A DNA stretch of 64,000 nt from positions 5,312,001 through 5,376,000 of the forward strand of contig OZ223209.1 in the NCBI GenBank assembly GCA_965140415.1. Reading direction: 5' to 3'. The position numbers and the translations under genes were made by a program. The notes beneath the pieces are model-generated. The model made no database searches. It was not told where the DNA came from and was given only the letters and a program-made list of their open reading frames with translations. The number at the start of each line of letters is the position of its first letter. Position 1 is the first letter of the stretch. Below are positions 19,579 to 28,838 of the stretch, one piece after another. The stretch comes from Myxococcota bacterium. Lineage in GTDB: Bacteria; Myxococcota_A; SURF-8.

Positions 19579-22500
19579 TCATTCTCCTTTCAATTGTTCC
19601 CTCCCCACCGGCATCCGCTGCGGGGCCGTCTTCCACATCAGGTCGATTTCCTCGGGGGTGAGGCCGTAGGCCTGGTTGACGAGGTCGGCTAGGCGGCGCT
19701 CGTGCTGCTGGGCTTCAGCGGTGCGGCGCTGCATGGCGGGGACGGTATCCTCGTAGGCCTCGCGCAGTTCCTTCACCCCGCTAACACTCAGCTTACCCGC
19801 CGCTTTGGGGTGGCGTTTCTTCACTTCGGCCATGAAGGCGTCGAAGTACAGGGCGGCGGCGTCTTGCAGCTTCAGGCCCGGTTGGTCGATGGACTGGATC
19901 TGCTTCAGCCAGTCGAGCAGGTCGCGCTGGGCGCTCTGGTTGGCGCGGGTCAGTTCGATCAGGGCCGCCACGTGCTCCTCGGCCTCGGCGCGGATGACTT
20001 CGGTGGGTGGGGCGATGGGGAGTTTTTCCATCAGGTAGCCTTGCGTGCCCAAGGCTTCATCCTTGCCATGCGGCAGATAGCGCCAAGTGAACCACCACAT
20101 CAAGGGGGAGTTGAGAACTGCGAGCAGGTAGAAATCGCTTGTCGGGATAATGAAGGTCTTGTTGTTGCCAATCAATCCGCTTTCATCAAATCCATAAGCT
20201 GAATGAAACTGGATCTCCTGGTAGAATATTTTCGGTGCATCGTAAATTGCGTATGTGTCAGCGCTTTTTTGAAGTTGCCACCATTCTTGTGATCCTGCTC
20301 TCTTTTCCAATCGTTCCCGATGCGAGAGCAGATGTTCTTTGATGGCTGGATAAGCATCGATATCTAGCGAATTGTGAGCAGCGATTAGCCAGACATCAGC
20401 AAATTCCAATGTCCATCGCTTCACATCCTTGCCACGAACAAACGGCTTGATAACTTCCGCAGATTTGGGATCTCTCGCTATCAGCTCTTTTCTCTGTTCT
20501 GGAGTAATTACAAATGCTGCGTTGTAGCCGGTTTTTATTCCCCAATGTGGAACATCCCCGCAATACTCTTTTAGCAATTGTCCCGATTTTACAATCTTCT
20601 GGAATAGGGTTTCAACTTCCACCGGATCCAGACTCCACGCCTGTTCAGTAAACCGCGACCAAGGCACTTCGTAGCCGTGTTGGCGAACGAACTGCTTGAG
20701 GTTGATGTCGGCCAACTTCTCACGCGGCACGGGGCAGATGATCACCGGCGCGGCAGGTTCAGGCTTAGGCTTCACTTCCGCGATGGGTGCATCCGGCTTG
20801 CGCACCGACACGATGCAGGGGAAGACGTCGGCATCCTCGAAAATGGGCGCGTGACCGAAGTCGAGGATCTGCTCGAAGACCGTATGCTCGGCGAAAAAAC
20901 GCCGCAGCGCTTCGCCATAGCCGGACTTCAGCCACTTGTTCGTCACGATGAACGACAGCACGCCACCCGGCTTCAGGGCCTGCACGCCGCGCTCGTAGAA
21001 GTAGGTGTACAGATCCGCCACGCCGTCGAAGGAATGGTAATGCTCTTTCAGATACGGTTTGATGGGCGAAAGCAGCTCCTGGCGAACGTAGGGCGGGTTT
21101 CCAATCACCACGTCGAAACCGCTTGAGACATTGTCTCCATCGGCGAATACAGCCGCGAAGCGCGCCCGCCAGTCGTAGGGCGTTTCCGAATAGGCCGGAT
21201 CGTCCACGATGGAGTCGCCTTGCTGGATGTTGTCGTCCAGGAAGGTCAACGGCTTGCCGCGCTCGGCGGTCTTCAGCCACAGGCTGAGCTTGGTGATCTC
21301 CACCGACTCCTTCGAGAGATCCACGCCGTAAAGATTGTGATTGAGGATGGTCTTGTTAAGACCAAAAATATCCTGCTGCCCGCCCTCGAAAGCCGCCAGG
21401 GCATCGTTGACGCGCTCGTACTGCGCCAGCAAGTAATCGTATGCCGCAATCAGAAACGCGCCGGAGCCGCAAGCCGGGTCCAGTACGCGGGTACGCTTCA
21501 GCACCTCGTCACGGTAGGTCTCCCAGAACTCGCGCTCGGCCGTGGCTAGCTTGCGCCCGTGCGCTTCAGGAATGGCGTCCAGCCCGATGCGTTGGCGAAG
21601 TTCCTCTTCCTTGCGCCGCAGATAACCACCCAGCGCCACGTCCACGATGTACTGCGTCACCATCGCGGGCGTGTAATAAACGCCTTGGGTTTTGCGGCGG
21701 CCCTTCTTCTTATCGAAGTCCTCGCCGGACGCAGCGGCTTTCAACTCCTCCAGGTCGGTGACCGACTGCTCGAAGATGTGACCCAGCACCTCGACCGACA
21801 CGTCCGTATCGAAATCATAGCGCGTGATGGCGTTCAGTTCGTCGCACAACTCGTCCGGCAGACTGATCTGTTCGTCTATGACCGGATCCGGCTTGAACAG
21901 CCCGCCGTTGTAGCCTTTGATATCCAGGTTGTTGTTGCCTGTATCTACCCAACGAAACACGGCCTTATAGCGCGTCCAGATGGCGGTCGGATTGTACGGA
22001 TCCTTATGCTTATAAGCCTTGTTGATTGTGTTGGGGGGTAAAAGTCCACGATCCTCACAAAACGCGATGAACAGCACGCGGTCGAGGATCTTCTGCGCCG
22101 TCTCGATCATAGCGGCCTTGTCGCCGTCCGCTTGCTCCGTCAGGTATTGCACGAGCTTAAGGCGCGTGTCCTTGTACTCGGCGTAAAGCGCCTTGGTGAT
22201 CGCCTCCTCGGCGTTGTCGGATTCTCGCAGCAGCGCATCCACGCGGGAATCGCCATCCGGTCTGGATTCCAACGGCAGGAAGTTCTCGGCGCAGAGCAGG
22301 AAGTAGAAGCGTCGGAAAACGGTTTCGTCGGCCAGGTCGGACAGCTTGAAACGCTCGTAGAAGGCAGGTGTCTTGCTGGTGCGGTAGAGGCGGATCTCGC
22401 GATAGTTGCTGACCAGCACCCACTTGCAGCCCTCGGTGTAGTTGGCGTAGCGCCAACCTTGCTCGACGGCGGATTCCGTGCGCCCGGAGGCGGGACGGTC

Positions 22501-22896
22501 GAGATTGTTGACCGCGCCCTTCAGCTCGATCGGCGCGACAATGCGACCTTTCAGGCGCGTGGCCTTGCTGGCGGATTCGGTGGCGGTGAAGAAGCCCAGC
22601 GCGCCATCGGCGGAGCCACCGCCATCGGAGATATGCGCCTCGGCGTGCAGCGTCCAGGCTTCACCTTCTCCCTGGATGACGGAACGATAGCCCAGCACCT
22701 CGCCGAAGATGTCGCGCAGAAACTCGCCGTGCAGCGAAACTTCCTTGATGACATCCAGTGTGCCGCGCTCCAGAGAGGTGATCCAGCGCGCCACCACGGC
22801 CCGGCGGGTGTCCATATCGGACGGAAAGGCAAAGCCCGCCATCGCTTTGGAGAGCGTCTTTTCATGAAACAAGGGTTTGACGTGACCTGTGGGCAT
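19579..22896 (-). CDS. Type IIG restriction-modification enzyme (REase, N6-adenine MTase and TRD in one chain)
   Basis: N-terminal ADG...IELKG nuclease motif; YNGGLF; GVYYTP; LDPACGSGAF; FDVVIGNPPYVRQE; TaqI-C-like tail. Confidence 0.9.
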   Translation of the reverse strand: MPTGHVKPLFHEKTLSKAMAGFAFPSDMDTRRAVVARWITSLERGTLDVIKEVSLHGEFLRDIFGEVLGYRSVIQGEGEAWTLHAEAHISDGGGSADGALGFFTATESASKATRLKGRIVAPIELKGAVNNLDRPASGRTESAVEQGWRYANYTEGCKWVLVSNYREIRLYRTSKTPAFYERFKLSDLADETVFRRFYFLLCAENFLPLESRPDGDSRVDALLRESDNAEEAITKALYAEYKDTRLKLVQYLTEQADGDKAAMIETAQKILDRVLFIAFCEDRGLLPPNTINKAYKHKDPYNPTAIWTRYKAVFRWVDTGNNNLDIKGYNGGLFKPDPVIDEQISLPDELCDELNAITRYDFDTDVSVEVLGHIFEQSVTDLEELKAAASGEDFDKKKGRRKTQGVYYTPAMVTQYIVDVALGGYLRRKEEELRQRIGLDAIPEAHGRKLATAEREFWETYRDEVLKRTRVLDPACGSGAFLIAAYDYLLAQYERVNDALAAFEGGQQDIFGLNKTILNHNLYGVDLSKESVEITKLSLWLKTAERGKPLTFLDDNIQQGDSIVDDPAYSETPYDWRARFAAVFADGDNVSSGFDVVIGNPPYVRQELLSPIKPYLKEHYHSFDGVADLYTYFYERGVQALKPGGVLSFIVTNKWLKSGYGEALRRFFAEHTVFEQILDFGHAPIFEDADVFPCIVSVRKPDAPIAEVKPKPEPAAPVIICPVPREKLADINLKQFVRQHGYEVPWSRFTEQAWSLDPVEVETLFQKIVKSGQLLKEYCGDVPHWGIKTGYNAAFVITPEQRKELIARDPKSAEVIKPFVRGKDVKRWTLEFADVWLIAAHNSLDIDAYPAIKEHLLSHRERLEKRAGSQEWWQLQKSADTYAIYDAPKIFYQEIQFHSAYGFDESGLIGNNKTFIIPTSDFYLLAVLNSPLMWWFTWRYLPHGKDEALGTQGYLMEKLPIAPPTEVIRAEAEEHVAALIELTRANQSAQRDLLDWLKQIQSIDQPGLKLQDAAALYFDAFMAEVKKRHPKAAGKLSVSGVKELREAYEDTVPAMQRRTAEAQQHERRLADLVNQAYGLTPEEIDLMWKTAPQRMPVGREQLKGE

Positions 22897-23061
22897 CCGC
22901 TACCTGCTTGAAAGAAATTATCCCAATCAAAACCAACGCTTGCAAAATCGTCCGCGGTGAATCGTCCCTGGTTGCTGCTTCCGAATCGGTAGGCAAGTTT
23001 ATAGCATTTATGGGGCAAAGGCGGAAAGGAATTTATGTGGAGTTATCGAGGGGATAGGTGA

Positions 23062-23331
23062 TCAAGGGGAGGCTATGACGTATTCTGGCACAACCCCTAC
23101 GATGTCTTGGACTCTGATCTGGCTTGAGGGCGTCCGGTCGCTGGCCCATGCCTGATTCGGTTGCGCGACGACGACGTTTCTCAGTAGATACGGATAGATC
23201 CGATATGCCTGATTCGGGCTGGTCATGTTCGGTTTCGGATAGATCGCCTCAAGACCGATCAGACGCATCAAACGTTGTACGCGCTTGCGGTTGATTCGAA
23301 TGCCATACCTTTTAAGGAACTCTTTCTTCAA
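23062..23331 (-). pseudogene. IS3-family transposase OrfB fragment
   Basis: INRKRVQRLMRLIGLEAIYPKP...YPYLLRNV...PNQAWASD, then homology stops before the DDE core is complete. Confidence 0.8.
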
Positions 23332-23351
23332 AGTACAACAGATTACAAAAA

Positions 23352-24182
23352 TTACAATATGTCCTTTAGCCCGTATATTTGTGGGTGGTATTTCAATGTC
23401 ACTATTCCCGTTGGCCCGTGAAGATTTCTAGGCACAATGATATTTGCATAGTCTCGGTCTTCCTGATTTGAGTTATAAACGAAACTCCTGTATATGAACA
23501 ACACCAACTTCGCTACCATCCCGAGTCCTCCATCAAAGGGCAGATCAGCTAGGGTCGGATAATGATCATCTCGTTTCTCAATCGCGTCCGATATTGGCGC
23601 TGTAATCAAAATAGGAATATTGATATCCTGAACTAGCGATAGGAACCAGTTCGGACCAAAGGTCAATCCACATTCCCAGCCGCCGATGTTTTCCAATCCA
23701 TCGATCGCCAAAAAATCCAGATGGTGCTTGTACTTCATCGCCTCAATTTGTCGGACAAGTATATCAGGATCGATGTTGGGTTGATCTTCCACTGTGATCT
23801 GCGCATCCATTAAACGTAAGTATGCTTGTTCCAGATGATTGTGCATATCATGCACATTTTTTTCTTTTTCAGAAGGTCTTACAGAAACGTCAGCCAATCG
23901 ATGAAGAAAACGGGTCGTCCATTGCGTGGCACCAAGTGCAAAGGAAAACACGCCTACTGAAATGTTTTTTTTCAACGCCTGATGAAGAATAATCTCCGAG
24001 ACTAGAATCGATTTTCCCATGCCGGGTCGTCCGGCTACAATCGTTAGGGCATTAATTGGAAGTCCACGGGTCAACCTATCGAGAGATGATAGGCCGGTAG
24101 ATAGACCCGATAAGGTATCATTGTTTTCTAGTGTGATTAGCTTCAGCGCGTCCGGCAGAATCTCTCTAAGTCTTTTAGCCAT
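23352..24182 (-). CDS. DnaB-like helicase C-terminal domain only, with degenerate catalytic motifs
   Basis: GLSTGLSSLDRLTRGL, AGRPGMGKS, LFIYR, HGPTG; no N-terminal domain. Confidence 0.75.
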   Translation of the reverse strand: MAKRLREILPDALKLITLENNDTLSGLSTGLSSLDRLTRGLPINALTIVAGRPGMGKSILVSEIILHQALKKNISVGVFSFALGATQWTTRFLHRLADVSVRPSEKEKNVHDMHNHLEQAYLRLMDAQITVEDQPNIDPDILVRQIEAMKYKHHLDFLAIDGLENIGGWECGLTFGPNWFLSLVQDINIPILITAPISDAIEKRDDHYPTLADLPFDGGLGMVAKLVLFIYRSFVYNSNQEDRDYANIIVPRNLHGPTGIVTLKYHPQIYGLKDIL

Positions 24183-24313
24183 TTTATTCCTCTATTTGCC
24201 TTCAACAATTTAAAATGGTAGAGCAAACCATTCTTGTTGTATGTGTGTCGCAAAATCTGAAATCCGGAAAATATGCACTTTTAGTTACGGCATAATATTT
24301 CCCCCTTCTTGAT

Positions 24314-24391
24314 TTAGCAGGAGCGCGTTCCACCCGATTCGATCATTTCAGGCATAGTGCGTAAGTCGTCAAGCCACAAGGAAATCCTCAT
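24314..24391 (-). pseudogene. 25-codon ORF resembling the start of a cyclic-phosphate-processing receiver-domain protein
   Basis: MRISLWLDDLRTMPE... with a purine-rich RBS; first ORF after the WYL-type promoter. Confidence 0.35.
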
Positions 24392-24438
24392 TGCAAATTC
24401 TTCCCTAAAGAATGCGAAAACGTCCGGATCTAACGATA

Positions 24439-24473
24439 AGCATAGACGTGGCAGGTGACAGAATCTGTCGTAT
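24439..24473 (-). promoter_or_regulatory. WYL-activator-type promoter, box 1
   Basis: Minus strand reads ATACGAC-AGATTCT-GTCAC-CTGCCACGTC-TATGCT. Confidence 0.65.
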
Positions 24474-24495
24474 AGATGGGTTAATTCAGGGGGTG

Positions 24496-25521
24496 CTAGG
24501 AGTATCTTTCCAGCGTAGCGGTGAGTTTTTCTTTGACTTGATCCACCAGCGACTGCGGCTCGACCACCTTGGCCAGCGGACCGAAGCCGATGATCCAGTT
24601 GACGATCTCGTCGTTGACGTGGATGTGGGACTTGAATTCCAGAGTGCTTTTATTTTTTGGTGTGATTTTGGTTTTGCGAGGCCAAAGTAGATGTTTCAAA
24701 TAGGCTTCCACAGTGGGGTCGAAATGAATGACGACGTCTTCTTCCTTGCCGGGCAGCAGACCGCCAAGGCTTGGGAAGTTCTTTTTCGGGTCCCAATCGC
24801 CTGGCAGATCGAACTTCTCCTTCTGTCGCAGGGCTTTCTGGATTCGCTCTAGAGCAAAGGTCGTCGGTTTGGCGTTCTCCGGAGCATCGTCGATCTTTGC
24901 AATCAAATACAGACCGGTTTTGTAGCTCATCAGCGTGTATGGGCGTACGATATGCCAATGGGGGTTACTGCCGATCGAGTGGTAATGGATTTTGAGTTTG
25001 TCCTGATAAAGAATCGCGGCCAGGATCTCCTCGAACTGATCGGTGCTACGGCGATAATTGCGGGTGAATGTATGATGCGAATAAAGTTTCTTGTCAAGGT
25101 TCCGAACTCGTTCGGCCAATGCATGATTGAGCCGATCGTTGACCCGCTGGGCCAGTGTCTGAATATAAACCACCAGTCCAGTCCCTTTAAACTGCTGCAT
25201 CATCTGCAGAGCCATTTTGGCTACGATGATATCGGAAAGTCCGAATGTCACCGGAAAGCGGGTGGCGCTGTTCATCAGCATGTATTCTTTTCGGCCGTCT
25301 ACTCGTTCGGATACGACCGGAAGGTGCTCCATTTCAGAAAGATCCGCCATATCGCGTTGAAGCGTGCGAAGATCGACCTTGAATTCGTCCGCGACATCCG
25401 GGAGATACACCCGACGCCCGCTCATCAGGCGATCGTAAAGCCGAATGATGCGCATGACCTTCTTTTCATGGCCCACCGCCATCTTGTTTGCAGCCTCGGC
25501 TTTCTTGCCATTTTTCACCAC
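24496..25521 (-). CDS. HTH-WYL-WCX transcriptional regulator (DriD/PafBC-like)
   Basis: wHTH VDLRTLQRDMADL; VRPYTL...LYLIA; FALERI; WIIGFGPLAKVVEPQSL; GTG start after GGAGG. Confidence 0.9.
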   Translation of the reverse strand: MVKNGKKAEAANKMAVGHEKKVMRIIRLYDRLMSGRRVYLPDVADEFKVDLRTLQRDMADLSEMEHLPVVSERVDGRKEYMLMNSATRFPVTFGLSDIIVAKMALQMMQQFKGTGLVVYIQTLAQRVNDRLNHALAERVRNLDKKLYSHHTFTRNYRRSTDQFEEILAAILYQDKLKIHYHSIGSNPHWHIVRPYTLMSYKTGLYLIAKIDDAPENAKPTTFALERIQKALRQKEKFDLPGDWDPKKNFPSLGGLLPGKEEDVVIHFDPTVEAYLKHLLWPRKTKITPKNKSTLEFKSHIHVNDEIVNWIIGFGPLAKVVEPQSLVDQVKEKLTATLERYS

Positions 25522-25636
25522 GGACGCCTCCGTTCCGGCATTGAATCAGGAATGAATTGACCTTTTTCGTAAGTCGCAGCTATTATACGTGAGATTACCT
25601 ACGCTTAGCAAAACATTTGGCGATCAGGCGAGGACG

Positions 25637-26122
25637 ATGATTCAAAATACTGTTACTCGACATAATTCATTCATGTCTCAATTGGCTTGTTCGCTTGCGT
25701 TCCTCATTCTTGTCGGTTCATCCGTGGCGTGGTCCGCCGATGGTTCGATATCCATTCGCGACAGCAGTGGTCGACTGACGGGGAAACTGGAGGCTGATGG
25801 CGACGTCCGGGATAGTAGTGGAGCCAAGATTGGTGTAATCGAGCTTTCCGGGCAAATTCGCGATCGTAGCGGTCAAAGTGAGGGAACATTCAACTCGAAA
25901 GGTGAAATTCGGGATTCGTCAGGCCGCAAGCTCGGATCCGTCGATGAAGACGGTCGCTTACGTGATGCATCCGGGCGCTTAAAGGGACGTATCGATGGTT
26001 CCGGTCGATTCCGAGACGCTTCAGGCAGATCGCGCATGTCGTTTAAGCCCTATGTCCCGGATGCTCGGCTGAGAGTCGCCGCTTACCTCTGGTTTTTCAC
26101 GGATGAATTGACAAGAAAGTAG
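25637..26122 (+). CDS. Secreted protein with RD(S/A)SG repeats (beta-flower-like)
   Basis: Signal-peptide-like N-terminus and six xRD(S/A/R)SG units at about 18-aa period. Start codon uncertain. Confidence 0.6.
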   Translation: MIQNTVTRHNSFMSQLACSLAFLILVGSSVAWSADGSISIRDSSGRLTGKLEADGDVRDSSGAKIGVIELSGQIRDRSGQSEGTFNSKGEIRDSSGRKLGSVDEDGRLRDASGRLKGRIDGSGRFRDASGRSRMSFKPYVPDARLRVAAYLWFFTDELTRK

Positions 26123-26147
26123 CAGGAGAAGAAAGGAAAAGCTGTTC

Positions 26148-27845
26148 ATGGCGCACATGATACCGGACACACCACCGACACTTGGGCCTGGTTCTCAGGC
26201 CGAACGGGAACTTTATCTTGCGCTCAAGGAGCATCTTTCGGATGAGTTCTTCGTCTACCACGGATTGCAATACCTCCGGGACGACCGTCCCATCGAGGGC
26301 GAAGCGGACTTTATGATTGTCCACCGCGAACATGGCCTGCTGGTGATCGAGTGCAAGGGGCACGGCGTGTGTGTCACCGGCAATGGCAAATGGGTTCGGG
26401 TTCTATCGGACACCTATCAGCAGGAATTAAAATGCTCTCCCTTCGAGCAGGCGCGACGCCATATTCACGACCTGGTTCACGAACTCGGCGAGCGGTCGCG
26501 GCGTCTGTTCCCGGAATTTAGTGGAGAACTACCCTTTTTCTATGGCTCATCCGTGGCTTTTCCCTTGGCAAAACTCGATGAGATCGGCCTGCCGCTTGAA
26601 ACCACCCGGAAGGTGATTTTCGACATCACAGATCTTCCCGTCATCCGGGATCGTGTAATGGAAGCTCTGGAGTATTGGCGCGATGGACGAAGTGTCCGCC
26701 GCTTTTTCGAGCCGCACGAGTTCAAGCGCTTCCGCAAACAGATCCTTCATCCGCGCTTCTGTATCGTGGAAAAGCTGGGGGCCAGGGTCGAGTACAACCG
26801 CCAGCGCTTTGCCCGCTTGAGTGAGCAGCAGATCGGCGTGGTTCGCAAGCTGGCGGATAACCGACGACTGCGCGTCCGAGGCGGCGCGGGAACCGGTAAG
26901 ACCGTCTTGGCTATCGAGGCTTTGCGCTACCATGCTTTGCAGGGGCGAAGAGCGCTGTTCGTCTGCTTCAATCGAAACCTGGCTCAGTATGTGCGAACTT
27001 TCGTTGCAGACAGTTTCGATGATCCTGAAAACCCAACCGTTAAGACTTTTCACCAGCTTTCTACGATGGCCATGGATGAACTCGGCCAGGAGATTACCGT
27101 TGCCGATGATGATAAAAAAGGTCAGGAGCGTCTGTGGAATGAGGAAGCTCCTTTGGCACTCCTTGAAGCATTCGAGAACGATGCATTGCCTCATTTCGAC
27201 GCCATCGTTGTGGATGAGGGACAGGATTTCGCTACGGACTGGTGGGATATCCTAGAAAGCGGACTATCCGATTCGGAAAGCAGCTATCTATGGGCTTTTT
27301 ACGATCCCTTCCAGAACATCTTTGGCCGAGACTTCCAAATACCGGAAAACTGGCCGAGCTATCTGCTTGATGAGAACTTCCGCAACACAAAATCGATTAC
27401 ACGCACCTTGAAACTGCTGCGCGACGTTCAAATGGAGCCACACATCGACTGTCCTGAAGGCGTGGAGCCGATTTTCCATAAGCAGGACGGGCCAAGCAAA
27501 ACATGCCGCCAGATTGAAGAGCTAGTTGCAGGTCTCCTCGACCACCAGGATGTGAACCCAGAGGACATCACCATCCTGACACCGCATTCGAGGCCGAACA
27601 GCATTCTGGCGGAAATGACGGAACTCGCGGGGCGTCCGCTGGCAGATCATCCCCTGGATCGGCAAGATTCACTTCTGCATACGACTATCGGAAAATTTAA
27701 GGGATTGGAATCTGAAATCGTGATTATGGCTGACGTTGATTTGGATGATCCTCGATGCGATCATAACGCCTGTTACGTAGCGGCTTCGAGGGCCAGGCAG
27801 CTCTTGCACGTATTTTATAAAAAGCAGAATCCAATGGAATCCTGA
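26148..27845 (+). CDS. NERD nuclease fused to an SF1 helicase
   Basis: EADF...LLVIECKG; GGAGTGKT; IVVDEGQD; NFRNT; KFKGLE; YVAASRA. Confidence 0.85.
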   Translation: MAHMIPDTPPTLGPGSQAERELYLALKEHLSDEFFVYHGLQYLRDDRPIEGEADFMIVHREHGLLVIECKGHGVCVTGNGKWVRVLSDTYQQELKCSPFEQARRHIHDLVHELGERSRRLFPEFSGELPFFYGSSVAFPLAKLDEIGLPLETTRKVIFDITDLPVIRDRVMEALEYWRDGRSVRRFFEPHEFKRFRKQILHPRFCIVEKLGARVEYNRQRFARLSEQQIGVVRKLADNRRLRVRGGAGTGKTVLAIEALRYHALQGRRALFVCFNRNLAQYVRTFVADSFDDPENPTVKTFHQLSTMAMDELGQEITVADDDKKGQERLWNEEAPLALLEAFENDALPHFDAIVVDEGQDFATDWWDILESGLSDSESSYLWAFYDPFQNIFGRDFQIPENWPSYLLDENFRNTKSITRTLKLLRDVQMEPHIDCPEGVEPIFHKQDGPSKTCRQIEELVAGLLDHQDVNPEDITILTPHSRPNSILAEMTELAGRPLADHPLDRQDSLLHTTIGKFKGLESEIVIMADVDLDDPRCDHNACYVAASRARQLLHVFYKKQNPMES

Positions 27846-27864
27846 AAGAAGAAATGCTTGCCGA

Positions 27865-27898
27865 AACGACAGAATCTGTCATCCACCTCAGCTAGTTT
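27865..27898 (+). promoter_or_regulatory. WYL-activator-type promoter, box 2
   Basis: AACGAC-AGAATCT-GTCAT-CCACCTCAGC-TAGTTT. Confidence 0.65.
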
Positions 27899-27954
27899 CA
27901 AAGAAGGGATGCTTGACTCGATTGAACGGCATTTTTGATGAGAGGGAGGATGGC

Positions 27955-28629
27955 ATGAAGCCGGCTGAAACCTGTTTGCTATGTGGAAAGCCATTTGAGA
28001 AAAATGCAAAACCGTTTGTAAACGTAAGTGGTTTACGTATTGTGGCTACAACGGTTCGTGGGGCTGTTTGGGTAACGGAAACGAAAGAGATAAAAAGACC
28101 CGGTCTCCGGATGGGGGATCGAGAAGAATTGATTTGGAAAGAGGTGGAAACGGATAGAGGAATGCAATACCTGCAGATTTCCGGGCGGTTTGCTAGAGAA
28201 GAAGCGATCTCCCGCGCCATCGAGATGGTGAAGCAAGATAGTCACCCCTGGGCATGCATGGAATGCGCCGGCTACCGGTGCAACGTCTGCGGTGGAAGAC
28301 TGAACTATGCTCCTGGAGCAGAGTCCATTGCTGATAATGGCGCAATCCTTCACAACGCCATCCTGCCATTTCAGCCCACATGCGTTATGAAAGGTTGCCC
28401 AGCCAGTCGAACGAATGGACAGGCCGAAGCGGATCTGGAGAAGGATGATAACTCCAGGTGGCACGTCTTAACCGGGGTAAGCGCGAAGGATATGGCGACG
28501 GTGCAGGAGGTGTTGGCCTATATCGAGCAGCAAACTGGACTGCGACTGATCGCCTACGATCAGAAGGAAGATTCCATTGTCTATGGTGGTGAATTGATTG
28601 ATGAACTGGTTGTGGTGAACGAGGAATAA
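27955..28629 (+). CDS. Hypothetical Cys-rich (probable Zn-binding) protein
   Basis: CLLC, CMEC, CNVC and C-x4-C motifs; ATG after GGAGG. Confidence 0.6.
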   Translation: MKPAETCLLCGKPFEKNAKPFVNVSGLRIVATTVRGAVWVTETKEIKRPGLRMGDREELIWKEVETDRGMQYLQISGRFAREEAISRAIEMVKQDSHPWACMECAGYRCNVCGGRLNYAPGAESIADNGAILHNAILPFQPTCVMKGCPASRTNGQAEADLEKDDNSRWHVLTGVSAKDMATVQEVLAYIEQQTGLRLIAYDQKEDSIVYGGELIDELVVVNEE

Positions 28630-28634
28630 TTTCA

Positions 28635-28838
28635 ATGCGAATGCTTCACCTGAATGGGCAGCATGTGGTATTCTTCTGCGATCGTTGCGGCAAACGATTG
28701 AACGACGATGACCCCGGCACACCCCACTGGGAGGACTACGACCGCTTCCTGGAGACGGTTGGGATAGAAGATGAGGTGGAGACGGAGTTGTTGTGTGGAG
28801 AGTGTGTGGTGAAGAAATGGAGCAGAATAAATGAATAG
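28635..28838 (+). CDS. Small Zn-ribbon protein
   Basis: CDRCG...LCGEC; GAGGA RBS; overlaps the next start. Confidence 0.55.
   Translation: MRMLHLNGQHVVFFCDRCGKRLNDDDPGTPHWEDYDRFLETVGIEDEVETELLCGECVVKKWSRINE

Noticed and set aside
19702-22911. Several 100-260 aa plus-strand ORFs
   Set aside because: Shadows of the type IIG R-M gene.
23352-24182. Functional replicative helicase dnaB
   Set aside because: Lacks the N-terminal domain, catalytic Glu and Arg finger.
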